A stretch of DNA of 63,520 nt, filler included, from an uncultured bacterium (GTDB lineage Bacteria; B130-G9): NCBI GenBank assembly GCA_965372715.1. It is 14 parts of 14 records of this genome, joined end to end, with 100 filler letters (N's around TTAATTAATTAA, not from the genome) between each part and the next. Parts side by side here need not be neighbours in the genome. Positions count along the whole stretch, not along the records: positions 21,398 to 27,752 come from CBDVDH010000092.1; positions 27,853 to 33,592 come from CBDVDH010000094.1; 12 more parts are not named here. One strand, given 5' to 3'. Below, piece by piece: positions 21,889 to 33,241 of the stretch. The translations under genes and the position numbers were made by a program. The notes beneath the pieces are model-generated. The model was not told the DNA's origin and did no database searches. It saw only the letters and a list, made by a program, of their open reading frames with translations. The number at the start of each line of letters is the position of its first letter. The stretch's first letter is position 1.

Positions 21889-24474
21889 ATGAGTAATGTC
21901 AATTACACCTACTATGATTCTGAATACGAGAAGGCATTCCTTCGGCTAAAAGCCACAGCTTTTCAAGATTTTTTCGCCGACATAATGGAGAAGCGATATC
22001 CAAAGGATTTCATGCGCGTTCGGCCATGGGGATCGTCAGGTGATCTTAAGAACGACGGGTACCTAAAGTCACGAAGGACATTGTTCCAAGTGTACGCTCC
22101 AAACGAGCTTCGAGAGCGTGACGCACTCGCGAAGATTGACACCGATTTACAAGGTGCCCTTAGACACTGGCAACAATACTTTGACAAATGGGTCTTTGTA
22201 CACAACTCGAGGGATGGAATTGGTCCAGGCATTGCACGCAAACTACTGGACCTCGATGCTTCGCACAATCAGATCACAGTAGAATCATGGGGTTTCGAAG
22301 AAATACGGAGGGAGTTTCATAGTCTAGACGACCACGCCAAGGCAAGCCTCGTTGGTAGAGGCTCTTTTAATAAGCGTGGCCAGACCATAACAGGACGCTC
22401 CGGACACCGATATATTGTCGGAAGTACAGTTGGCCATGGCGCTGTAGGAGTTGTATGTGCCGGAAAAGAAACTACTGGGTCCAAATGCGCCATAAAGTTC
22501 CTTCGCCCGTCAAGTGAAGTGTCGGACGCGCGCACTAAAGAACGCTTCTTGCTCGAGGCGACTTTATTGTGCGAAAGGCTCCACAGCCCCAATATTGTCA
22601 CGGGTATTGATTACGGCGAGCACGATGGGGATCCTTTCCTTGTGATGGAGTGGGCCGGAAATGGAAATTTGACGGAAAGGATTGCCGATAACACACATGA
22701 TAATCAGTTGCTTACGAAATGGATATGTCAACTTCTAAAATGCTTTCGAGAGCTCCGCAATAAGGGTATCCTCCACAGAGACATACAACCGAACAATATC
22801 CTGTTGAATGACGACAACGACATCAAACTCGGCGATCTAGGAGAGGCAAAGGTTCTCAATCGCACCGAGTCGATTACGCTTGACGATGATACGATGGGGA
22901 TCATCCCCTATTCTTCGCCGCTACAAAGGAAGCGACCGGCGGAAGCAACCGGAAAGGATGATCTCTACTCCATCTGTGCCGTGATGTTCGGACTCATCAC
23001 CGGCGAACTTGTTCCGCCGATGATTGCTACTCCGCTGCACGCAAGATCGTCAAGCAGGGTTCCGTTGGACTTCGCTCGACTCGTCGACAAAGTCCTTGCG
23101 TACGGGAGAGATCTTGAGGACGTCTTTGATGACATGTGTAGGATCTACGATATTGATCGAGAAGCACTTCGGACGCTTCACGCTGAGGCATCAGCCTATA
23201 AAACTAGTGCGCCACCATCTGTAAGAATATTGCATCTCGTCTATGATAGAAGTTATGGCGGAATTGAAACGTATATCAAAGCTATTACAAAGTACTCACA
23301 CCATTTTCATAGTGTAAAATCTATTTTTGAATTCGGTCGGGGGGGCTACCCGAGCAACGAAAGGGTCTTCGAGCAGGCCGCGGCCCTGGCTATAGCAGAA
23401 CTGAAACTGGCAAACAGGAGCTATAACCACTTGAGCCGCGTGCTTGGTCGTGTGAGCACTTTTCTGAAGGGAGGCACGTTTCATGCGCCGGATAGAACAC
23501 TTGCCAATGATCTAACCGATGAGATCACACTGGCAGTAGAGAAAGTCGGTGGGTTCGATATTATCCATTCACATTTTATTCAACCAGCCCTCCTTGCGTC
23601 TCAACAAAAACTAAAAGTAGTGTGTACTTCACACAGCCTTATGTCGCAGGAGTTGCGGCTTGAGGATCGATTTCTGCCTCCTGGGAGAGAGGCGGAGGTT
23701 TTGTCTTGGGCCGAGAAAGAGAGCACGCACTACAGAGGGGTCAAGAACGTGTTCGCACTGTGCGCAGCGCATGCTGAGGAAATTAGAAGTGTTAGTGGCA
23801 AACATGTAGATGTTATGAAGCCAATACTGGATTACACTGAATTTCTTCATGACGATGTAAGAGACATTGACAGTCACACTGCACGCGAGCTGCTGTCGCT
23901 ACCAGATCGAGCCACCGTGCTCTTCATAGGGAGACCATCATACCGAAAAGGGCTCCAAATATTGATAGATGCCCTTTCTGATCTGGAGCGCGAAGTGCAG
24001 CTGTTAATTGTTGGACGCGGATTCGTGGTTGACGGTCGCAAGGCTACTCTTACGTTCGGGAATCAGGTGATCAAGTTGAAGCCAAACGTGGCTGAGAAGA
24101 TCTTACGGCCGGTTTCACCGAGCACTCGGCAGCAAATTACTCTGCTTTACAAGTGTTGCGACCTAATGGTGTGCCCATCCATCTATGAGCCATTCGGTTA
24201 CGTAAATCTGGAGTGCATGGCTGCAAAGCGTGCGGTGGTCGCATCAGATACTGGTGGAGTCTCTGAGATCATTCAAGATCAAGTTACCGGCTTGTTGTTC
24301 CAGACCGGTGACTTTAAGGCCTTGCGGTCGGCGATCCGTCGTTTGCTTGACGATCCGGCGTTACGAGCGCGCCTATCTGATAAGGGATTTGAAAGAACAA
24401 CAACTGCATATCGACCGGAGGGGTGCATTGAACAGCTAGACCTCTACTATGATCGCGTCGCTGCGGGAAACTGA
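21889..24474 (+). CDS. Fusion: restriction-endonuclease-like domain (ABC-3C/Mrr-like) + Ser/Thr kinase + GT4 glycosyltransferase
   Basis: AFQDFFADIM..RVRPWG..GD.KNDGY..FQVYAP; GHGAVG..AIK..HRDIQPNN..DLG; GGIETY..PSIYEPFGYVNLECMA; start reassigned to ATG 21889. Confidence 0.8.
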   Translation: MSNVNYTYYDSEYEKAFLRLKATAFQDFFADIMEKRYPKDFMRVRPWGSSGDLKNDGYLKSRRTLFQVYAPNELRERDALAKIDTDLQGALRHWQQYFDKWVFVHNSRDGIGPGIARKLLDLDASHNQITVESWGFEEIRREFHSLDDHAKASLVGRGSFNKRGQTITGRSGHRYIVGSTVGHGAVGVVCAGKETTGSKCAIKFLRPSSEVSDARTKERFLLEATLLCERLHSPNIVTGIDYGEHDGDPFLVMEWAGNGNLTERIADNTHDNQLLTKWICQLLKCFRELRNKGILHRDIQPNNILLNDDNDIKLGDLGEAKVLNRTESITLDDDTMGIIPYSSPLQRKRPAEATGKDDLYSICAVMFGLITGELVPPMIATPLHARSSSRVPLDFARLVDKVLAYGRDLEDVFDDMCRIYDIDREALRTLHAEASAYKTSAPPSVRILHLVYDRSYGGIETYIKAITKYSHHFHSVKSIFEFGRGGYPSNERVFEQAAALAIAELKLANRSYNHLSRVLGRVSTFLKGGTFHAPDRTLANDLTDEITLAVEKVGGFDIIHSHFIQPALLASQQKLKVVCTSHSLMSQELRLEDRFLPPGREAEVLSWAEKESTHYRGVKNVFALCAAHAEEIRSVSGKHVDVMKPILDYTEFLHDDVRDIDSHTARELLSLPDRATVLFIGRPSYRKGLQILIDALSDLEREVQLLIVGRGFVVDGRKATLTFGNQVIKLKPNVAEKILRPVSPSTRQQITLLYKCCDLMVCPSIYEPFGYVNLECMAAKRAVVASDTGGVSEIIQDQVTGLLFQTGDFKALRSAIRRLLDDPALRARLSDKGFERTTTAYRPEGCIEQLDLYYDRVAAGN

Positions 24475-24693
24475 CAGAACCTGAGACTGTTACGCTGTCA
24501 TCGAAAATCGCCCGGTGCATCAATCACGCGCTGCTTAGTCACACTCGAGGCCTTCTGAATAGTTCTCTTTTGAGGAAGCGACTCAAAAGGGCTGCGCATT
24601 GCTGAGGCCCGCTTCCAGACCAAAACCAAAGAGCCACTGTGTCATTGGCCAAGGTGGCGCGGCGGGCGACGGCCGGTTACCCGGGGGAAGAGC

Positions 24694-24790
24694 CACGAAC
24701 CAACGCCTGCACCAGACTGGCGACAAACGGGCGTGCGCGCTTCGCGCCCTTAACTTCGGTGGCGTCAGCTGGTGAGGCGTAACGTAGGCG
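24694..24790 (+). mobile_element. Integron attC site with a degenerate R' core
   Basis: CACGAAC-caa-cgcctGcaccagActggcg...cgtcagctggtgaggcg-taac-GTAGGCG; two extrahelical bases; R' lacks one T of GTT. Confidence 0.75.
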
Positions 24791-24961
24791 AGAGAACCAA
24801 GGAAAGATGACCTGGCAACTGCCAAGGCCGTAGCACAGCGGTGGAGGTGATTAAGCAGATGGAGTCTAAATGTGGAGTAAACGGACGCAGGCGGTTATGG
24901 TGAAGGACGGCTATAATGGCATTGCGAATGTCAAAATGTGCCCCGAAGAGAACATGAGGTG

Positions 24962-27647
24962 ATGGTGGTGGTTCTGTTTAAGGACATTTACGTACTCGAT
25001 AATGGAGCGCGATTCCACAGCGTCGATCTACATATTCATTCCTACGGTGCCTCGCAGGATGTTAAAGACTCGACGATGACCATCGTTGACTCAGCGGTGA
25101 GGCAAGGCCTGATTGTCATTGCGATCACTGACCACAATTCAAACGTGAATGTGAAACGGGCAATTGACTACGCCCATGAGAATTACACCGGACAGATTCT
25201 CGTGTTACCGGGTGTTGAAGTCACCACGGCCCACGGCCACCTTCTCGCCTACTTCGCACCCGACCGCACCAGCTGACCTTGCGAAGCTCCTGTCGCGGCT
25301 CGACCTAATCGGAGAGATGGGTGCCGACAACACCCGGACCGCCAAGTCGATGGCCGACACGATTGCCGAGGTTGAAAAGATAGGTGGAATCTCTATTGCT
25401 GCTCACATCGACCGGGAAAAGACCGGCTTCGATGTGTTTGCCCCCGGCTTCCAGAACTGGAAAAAAGACATCATCACCAGCCCCGGCCTTTATGGCTTGG
25501 AATGCGATACGGTGGATGCTCTGCTTTGGTATTCCGAACAGGATGAGGTCGGATCAGCCGGAGTCGAACGCAAGAGAATGCTTGCTGCCCGTCAGTTGGT
25601 GCAGGGACTCACGGCACGCCACCACCTCGCCCACGTTCAGGGTTCTGACGCGCATTCGATGAATCGGTTTGAACACCAAGACCCGAGCAAGCCATGGACG
25701 CGCATCAAGCTCGCGGAACTCAGCTTCAATGCCTTGCGCGTTGCACTGGTCGATCCAACGGCCCGAGTGCGTGCCTGCGCTTCGGTGCCCCGCTCTATAC
25801 CGCGCGTTCACGGCGTGGCGATCACTGGAGGTTTCCTCCACCAAGAAACGATTCACTTAAGCGATAATCTCAATTGCCTTATCGGTGGACGTGGCACAGG
25901 TAAATCTACAGCGATCCGGGCAATTGCATATGCCTTCGGTATGAATGACGAATTCGGGGATTACGATAACTGCCCCGATTCGGTCACTGTGTTCTGCGAG
26001 GACGCAAACGGCATTCTATACCGCTATGTTCGCACACGCGGCGGCGACATTGAGGTAAAAGCCAAGGAGGATGCATCAATCACCGATGTGCCGATCGACG
26101 CATTCCGCATCGAGTATTTCGGGCAAGGTGAGCTTGCTAAAGTCGCTGAGGACCCGCTCAAACACCCAGACCTATTTCAGGGGTTTTTAGACCGTCACAC
26201 GAACCTACGCGACCTCCTTGAAACCGAGGAATCGCTTGTAACGAGCCTACGTGAAAATGCGGGCCGCTTGAGCCCGCTCGAAAGTGCCTTCCGGCAACTG
26301 ACCGCGAAGAAGAAGTCGCTGGAGGAAATTGAGAAGAAGCTAAAAGTCGCAGAGGAAGGGAATCTGCGTGAGGTTGTTGGAACGCAAAGCAAGCTCGCCT
26401 CGGAGAAAGCCGTTCGGGAATCCATCAAGGCAATTGCGACCGAATACACAAACGGATGGGTTCTATCGAGCATCCAACGCGGTTTCGATCAGATTGTAGT
26501 GACGGCTGGCACCTGCACGGAGGATGAGGCTTCCAAAAAAACTATGGCGGCGATCAAGGCGGCGCTCCTTAAGAATAACTCGGCGGTGAAGCAGAAGGAG
26601 CTGGAATTAAACGCCCTACTAAAGTCATGCGCCAAGGAGCTTACGAAGCTGGCCGGGGAACTGAAAGTCAGCCATCAGCGCATGAGTGGCGAGGTGGCGA
26701 CGAAACTTGCAGACTTAAAGGCCCGTGGCCTTGCCACGGACATCCCCGGTTTGGAATTGTTGCTTCGCCAGAAAACGTCAGTTGCGAAGGAAATTGCTGG
26801 GGTCGAGCAGCGCACCGGCGAGCGGGAACAGTGTCGGGAGCAACGGACAAAGCTGCGCGCGGAATTGAAGAAAGTTCGGGAGAAAATGACCGAGCGGCGG
26901 AAAGCCCAACTCAAGGGGATCAACGCTAATCTTGGCGGAACAATCAAGGATTACACCATATTTGTGAAGTACGAAGACGCGGGAATCACTGCGGAGTTCG
27001 AGTCGTTCATACAGGACAAGATGCATGGAACCTACCTTCAGGACAACTTGATCGAGAACGTGTGCAGCCGCATCACGCCGTCAGAACTTGCTGATTTGGT
27101 CCTGGAGCAGAACCACCAGAAGATTGCTACGACGGCCGAGATTTCGATCGAATGGGCCGAGAAAATCGTCGCGAAGCTTTATTATTGGCCTATTCTGTTT
27201 GAGCTTCAAGCGCTTGCGAAACAGCCAAAACCGATCATCACGGTTCGCACCAAGTCAACGCCGCCTAAGGAAATCCCAGTGCTTCAGCTCTCGGATGGTC
27301 AGCGTCACACGATCCTCCTGACCATTGCCATGCTGGCTGAATCGAATGTGCCGCTGGTGATCGACCAGCCCGAGGACGACCTTGACAATGCATTCATCTT
27401 CTCAAGCATTGTCACTACGTTGCGGGCAATCAAAGAGAGGCGTCAGGTGATTCTTGTGACCCACAACGCGAATATCGCCGTGCTTGGTGATTCCGAACTG
27501 ATCCTTCCCATGTGCCGCGAAAACGATTGTGGAAAGACCAAAGACCGAGGATCGATCGACACAGATGCGACCAAGCGGTGCGTACTGGACATATTAGAAG
27601 GCGGGTCTGATGCGTTCCTGCGACGGAAAGAAATGTACAGTCACTAG
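24962..27647 (+). pseudogene. PHP phosphoesterase + ABC/SMC-like ATPase (Ppl/TrlF-like), with a frameshift near 25271
   Basis: DLHIHS, TDHN and GH in ORF 24938-25276; AHID, SDAH, Walker A GGRGTGKST, coiled coil, LSDGQ, IDQPED and VTHN in ORF 25164-27647; junction APDRT/ADLAK has one extra base. Confidence 0.8.
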
Positions 27648-27852
27648 CGCATTAAGAGACGCGACATCCGTATAAATTCGGGAATCGCCGATCGGGATAG
27701 GGACGTTATGTTGTGAGTATAATTATGTTGTGGGTTAAAAACAATCAATTTANNNNNNNNNNNNNNNNNNNNNNNNNNNNNNNNNNNNNNNNNNNNTTAA
27801 TTAATTAANNNNNNNNNNNNNNNNNNNNNNNNNNNNNNNNNNNNNNNNNNNN

Positions 27853-30349
27853 GCGAGCCGACGAGATAACCTCCGGGACGGAACCGCGAGGCGTTGAGCG
27901 AGCACTCAATCGTCGCCTCGCCCAAGTAGATAGGATAGTGATAGCCGATATCGACGATTCCGCTATCGACCTCGCTATCGGTCCTGGTCGTGAGCTGACC
28001 CAACCCAAGCGCCTCCGCAGTGTCGCTCCCCGTGTCGATGCACGGGCTGTCCTGGTATTGTCCCGCCGCCTCGCAGGACAGGTAGTAATCGCCAAATGGA
28101 CCGTTCACGAAGAGCGGGTCATCTAAGATGTTGCCCTCGCCATCATAGCCACCCTCGATGCAGGATTGCGAGATCGAGACCGCGGAGTCTTCCTTAAGAC
28201 CAATCTCGCCTCCGTTCGCCCAGAGGACTGTGTCCGTGACCGAGACCGAAGAGCCGGCTGCGCATTGGATACCTCCGCCATGAAGAGCGGAGTTCCCAGT
28301 TATCGTGCAGTTGCCGATGTCCAATGATAGTCCGAAACAAACGACACCACCGCCCTGGCTGTAGTCCTCGCAATCTACCGTCGCGGTATTGTCCGTGATG
28401 AGGCAGTTCTTTACAGCGCATGGCGAATGGGTGAAGGCGAGGCCTGCACCGGCCCAAGCTGAGTTGCCAGTCACGACGCAGTTCTGGATTTGCGGACTTG
28501 ACGTATGGGAGAAAAGACCGCCGCCCCAACTTCTGCTCTGACCATCCCCCACCCCGACGTTGCTTTCCATGACGCAGCCGCTAACAAGCGGCGAGGATAA
28601 ATAGCAGTAAATCCCGCCTCCTCTGCAGGCCCGGTTTGCCGCAATTGCGCAGTTCTCGATGTTGGGTGAAGACCTATTGCACTGGATGGCGCCGCCAGCG
28701 CCCCCGTAGCCTGAGCCGGGTGGCGCCTGGTTCTGCAATACCGCGCAGTCCCGGATGGAGCCAGACGCCTCCCGCATATAGATGCCCGCGCCGTCAGATG
28801 CCGCATTCCGTGAAACCTGACACTCATCAACCGTCACGACCGAGTTGCGGCAACAGATTCCTCCTCCGTAACTGAAGCCATCATCGCCAAGAGGCGCAAT
28901 GTTGCTTGATACCTCGCAGTTCTCGATTGAGCATTCCGCATCCAGGCAGTAAACGCCGCCCCCATTCAATGCGGAGTTCTCTGTTATTGTGCATCCGGAT
29001 ATAAGGCCGACCGTGTCGCCGTCAGAGGTCCCGCGAAGATGAATACCTCCGCCCCAGCTACTGCCGTCAGCGTTAAGCTGCGCCTCGTTCGAGGATATCG
29101 TGCAGTCTAAGATCGCTGCCTCCCCTAGGTAGCAGTATATGCCGCCGCCCGAGTTGGATGAGTTTTCTGTTATTGTGCATCCTTCAATCGTCAATGAGCA
29201 ATCACGGCTGCGGATGCCGCCGCCCCACTTCTCCGAAGTCGATTCCGGGCGATCTACGTTTCTTGATATCAGGCACCCAGATATGCTTCCGGATGAGTTA
29301 GAGCAAGAGATCCCCGCTCCGCTGCTCGCCAGATTCTCAACTATCTCACAGCCGCGAACAGTGAACTCGGAATCGGCGAAGTAGATACCGCCTCCCCAAC
29401 TCTCGTACCAAGCATAGGTCGTCCACGCGTTATCAGTGATGGCGCATCCCTCAATTGTTCCGGTGAATCGCTCGCAGTAGATTCCGGCCCCTTTATATGC
29501 ATCGTTCTGCGATATTATGCAGTTGAGAATCGCCGTGGATGACTCATCCAAGTAGATACCGCCCCCTTCGTTGTAGGGAAAGGCGCTGGCTCCCGAGATG
29601 TGATTACCCGATATTCTGCATTGCTCAATGCTGCCCCCGGCATGCCCCAAGTATATGCCGCCACCTGAAAAGGAGCCATTCTCCGCAATCGTGCTGTTAA
29701 TCACCGTGGGCTCTGAATGGTGCGCATAGATGCCGCCTCCCCACGAGTAGCCGGTTAGATCAGAAGGCTTCTCGTTAGATGTGATCTCACAGCCATCGAT
29801 GACTGGGGATGCTTCGAACAGATAAATCCCGGCGCCGTGCTCGGCACAATTCCCGGTGATCACACAATTCTTAATCAACACATCTGAGCAGTACTCACAA
29901 TAGACACCGCCGCCCTTCCGGTCAGAGGAGTCTCCGCTAACATAATCCGCATTGGCAACGCCGCCCGTAATCGTGAGACCCTCAACCGTAACGCTAGTCA
30001 GATCGCTGCAATAGATGACGTGATATGCACTACCTTCCGCGTCCAATATGGTCGTATCCGAGCCAGCTCCAACCAGAGACACGTAAGATTTCATCTCGAG
30101 CGGAAAGACCTCGCAGTTGGTTGAGGCGCTATAGGTTCCGGCAGCGACGTGGATTGTCGCCGGGTCCTCTGGGCTGCCTTCCACAGATGACAAGGCGTGG
30201 CTGATCGTCAGCCAGGCGTCGCCGGGCGACGTCCCGGTATTGGAATCACTCCCGGCCTCCGCATCGACATAGAAGTCTGCGCCGAGTGCGACGCTGCTTA
30301 TGAGAATGATCGAAACAACATAGGACAAGACAATCTTCAGCTTCGGCAT
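27853..30349 (-). CDS. Secreted right-handed beta-helix protein, 3' end cut by contig end; paralog C
   Basis: MPKLKIVLSY signal peptide behind GGGGAG; I..C.I..N..GGGIY repeats; start of the shared C-terminal module. Confidence 0.85.
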
Positions 30350-30550
30350 GGTTGGTCTCCCCTGCTCCGCTTGACAGCATTCACTGAAACACATCATCTT
30401 GACAACGCCTCTGAGACAACTGACTACATGATGCACAACCGGTCGATTGCTGTAAAGGAAGAATGCGACCGGGAGGATCACATCGACGCGGATAGAGTCT
30501 CGGCCCGCAGCGTGAACGGGAAAAGCGAGAGGTTGCCGATAACCTCGAAT
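30175..30550. repeat. Near-identical repeat of about 370 bp (second copy about 32940-33312)
   Basis: Spans the 3' end of the upstream gene (LSLFPFTLRAETLSASM), the intergenic promoter and the first ~58 codons of the next gene. Confidence 0.9.
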
Positions 30551-33114
30551 TCGTCCGGCCTCGAAAGCGCAGCGGCAAAGAGGAAGTCGCCTTCCAGGCC
30601 ACCAGGAACACCGAGACTAACAAGAGGCGTTGGCTCCATGGAATAGCCTTGCGGCAGAAAGAGGTCCGTCTGATACGGGAATATCCCGAAGTCTATCCGG
30701 GTCGGAGACACGCACAGGATTGCCCCGTCCGGCATGACGAATGCGACATAGACATCGACCGTTATGTCCGGTCCGGGATTGTCGATGTCGTATAAGCCGA
30801 CGAGCTGGTCGCCCGGGAAGAATTCATCGGCATTCAGGAAGCACTCAATCGTAGGGCCTTCGTCGGAAGTCAGCGGGTAGTGATAGCCCATATCAACGAT
30901 ACCGCTGTCGGGCATTTGATCCGTCCGAGTCGTGTATGTGTCAAGTCTGTATTCCGAGGCATCTCCGTCCCCAGCATCGACACAAGGGCTCTGAGCGCCT
31001 TGTCCCGCGGCCGTCTGACTAAGGTAGTATCCCTCAACGAAGAGCGGGTCCTCCGAGATGTTCCCCTCGCCTTCCCAGCCGCCCTCCACGTCGGAATATG
31101 TGATGGTGATCGAGCTGCCTTCGGCCACAAAGACCTCATTGGGAGAGTCTCCCCACAGGATTGAGTTTATCACTGTTGGCGAACACTGGTAGTCACAGGA
31201 TATTCCGCCACCGTTCGTTCTTGCCGAGTTGCCCGTGATCGTGTTGTTTGAGATTGTCGGCGAACTCCTCTGGTAGCAGGATATCCCACCGCCGTCCTGG
31301 GCCGAGTTGGCTCCGATCGTGTTGTTAAGAATGGTCGGCGAACTGTCGCAATTGCAGTATATCCCGCCACCCTTCGTTTTTGCTGAGTTGCCCGTGATCG
31401 TGTTGTTTTCGATAGTCGGCGAACCGTAGTTGCAGTATATCCCGCCGCCGTGATGTTCCGCGGAGTTGCCCGTGATCGTGTTGTTCTGAATTGTCGGCCA
31501 ACACCCGGTACCGCAGTATAACCCGCCACCGTGATATCCCGCGGAGTTGCCCGAGATCGTGTTGTTTGAGATCGTGGGCGAACTATACGAGGAGTAGAAT
31601 ATCCCGCCGCCGGAGTTGTCGGCCGAGTTGCTCGTGATCCTGTTGTTAAGAATGGTCGGCGAACTGTCCTTGCAGCATATCCCGCCGCCGTGGAAGGCCG
31701 AGTTATCCTCGATCGCGTTGTTCTGAATTGTCGGCGAACTTTCCTCGCAGTATATCCCGCCGCCAACATATTCCGCGGAGTTCTCCGTGATTATGTTGTT
31801 TGACATCGTTGAACTGCCCCGATAGCAGTATATCCCACCGCCCTCGTAGGCCGAGTTACCCGTGATTGTGTTGTTGTCGATCGTTGACCAGCAACTGTAG
31901 AAGTGTACCCCACCGCCGCCCTCGTAGGCCGAGTTGCTCGCGATCGTGTTGTTTGAGATCGTCGGCGAACTATCACGGCAGTGTATCCCGCCGCCGCCCT
32001 CCCCTGAGTTGCGCGAGATCGTGTTGTGCTGAATTATCGGCGAACTGTCCTTGCAGTATACCCCGCCTCCAACATATTCCGCGGAGTTCTCCCTGATCGT
32101 GTTGTTTTCGATAGTCGGCGAACCGTTGTAGCAGTATATCCCCGCGCCGAAGCCTGCGTCGTTGCCGGAAATAGTGTTGCCCGAGATAAGACCGACCGAG
32201 CACATTATCCCGCCGCCGAAACCATTGAGTTTCGTGCTGTTGTCCGTGATCATATTGCTTTTGATCGCTGGCGAACCGGCAACGCACTTTATCCCACCGC
32301 CGCTGTTACCGCCGTAGTTGTGGCAGATCTCATTGTTTGAGATGGTCGCATCCCCCACGCAGAATATCCCGCCGCCGCTCTCGGCGGCCGAGTTCTCGGT
32401 GATCACATTGTTGGATATGCTGGGTCCACCAGCATGACAGTTTATTCCACCACCCCAACAGCCTGCGTGGTTGCCGGAGATGATGTTGTTCGTTACGGTC
32501 GGAGAGCTATCTTTACAGTACATGCCACCGCCAGCACCGTATGTATAGTTGTTCGAGATGATGTTGTCCGAGATTGTCGGTGAACTGCCGTGGCAGTGTA
32601 TCCCGCCACCGAAAAGGGAGGCTAAGTTTTCCTTGATCGTGTTCTTTTTTATGATTAGCGAACTGCAAAAGGAACAGAATATCCCGCCACCGCGTTTCTC
32701 CTCATCGCTGTTACCACTGGCCATGCCGCCGGCAATCGTCAGCCCCTCGATACTCAGGTCGTTCACCCCATTGCAATAGATGACGTGGTAGGCGTCCTTC
32801 TCCGCATCAAGGATGGTTGTCTCCTGGTCATCGCCGACGAGCGATACCCAGCTCTTCATCTTGAGGGGATATTTGTCACCGTTGGCTGAGGCGCTGTAGG
32901 TTCCGGCGGCGATGTGGATAGTCACCGGGTCGTCCGGGCTGCCTTCCACAGATGACAAGGCATGGCTGATCGTCAGCCAAGCGTCGCCCGGCGACAGCCC
33001 GGTATTGGAATTGTTTCCGCCCTCTGCATCCACGTAAAAGTCTGCGCCGAGTGCGACGCTGCTTATGAGAATAATCGCAACAACATAAGACAAGGCAATC
33101 TTCAGCTTCGGCAT
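30478..33114 (-). CDS. Secreted beta-helix protein with about 25 repeats of 22-24 aa and the shared C-terminal module; paralog B
   Basis: SSPTI.NNTI.GNSA..GGGIYC repeats; C-terminal DNPGPDITVDVYVAFVMPDG. Confidence 0.88.
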   Translation of the reverse strand: MPKLKIALSYVVAIILISSVALGADFYVDAEGGNNSNTGLSPGDAWLTISHALSSVEGSPDDPVTIHIAAGTYSASANGDKYPLKMKSWVSLVGDDQETTILDAEKDAYHVIYCNGVNDLSIEGLTIAGGMASGNSDEEKRGGGIFCSFCSSLIIKKNTIKENLASLFGGGIHCHGSSPTISDNIISNNYTYGAGGGMYCKDSSPTVTNNIISGNHAGCWGGGINCHAGGPSISNNVITENSAAESGGGIFCVGDATISNNEICHNYGGNSGGGIKCVAGSPAIKSNMITDNSTKLNGFGGGIMCSVGLISGNTISGNDAGFGAGIYCYNGSPTIENNTIRENSAEYVGGGVYCKDSSPIIQHNTISRNSGEGGGGIHCRDSSPTISNNTIASNSAYEGGGGVHFYSCWSTIDNNTITGNSAYEGGGIYCYRGSSTMSNNIITENSAEYVGGGIYCEESSPTIQNNAIEDNSAFHGGGICCKDSSPTILNNRITSNSADNSGGGIFYSSYSSPTISNNTISGNSAGYHGGGLYCGTGCWPTIQNNTITGNSAEHHGGGIYCNYGSPTIENNTITGNSAKTKGGGIYCNCDSSPTILNNTIGANSAQDGGGISCYQRSSPTISNNTITGNSARTNGGGISCDYQCSPTVINSILWGDSPNEVFVAEGSSITITYSDVEGGWEGEGNISEDPLFVEGYYLSQTAAGQGAQSPCVDAGDGDASEYRLDTYTTRTDQMPDSGIVDMGYHYPLTSDEGPTIECFLNADEFFPGDQLVGLYDIDNPGPDITVDVYVAFVMPDGAILCVSPTRIDFGIFPYQTDLFLPQGYSMEPTPLVSLGVPGGLEGDFLFAAALSRPDEFEVIGNLSLFPFTLRAETLSASM

Positions 33115-33241
33115 CGTTGGTCTCCCCTGCTCAACTTGACAGCATTCAAAGCACTCATCATCTTGACAACGCCTCTGAGACAACTGACTACATGATGCAC
33201 AACCGGGCGATTGCCGTAAAGGAAGAATACGACCGGGAGGA

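Noticed and set aside
27690-27752. attI or attC after the PHP-ATPase (aattatGTTGTGG)
   Set aside because: The expected CGCCTAAC inverse core is absent and the contig ends, so it cannot be supported
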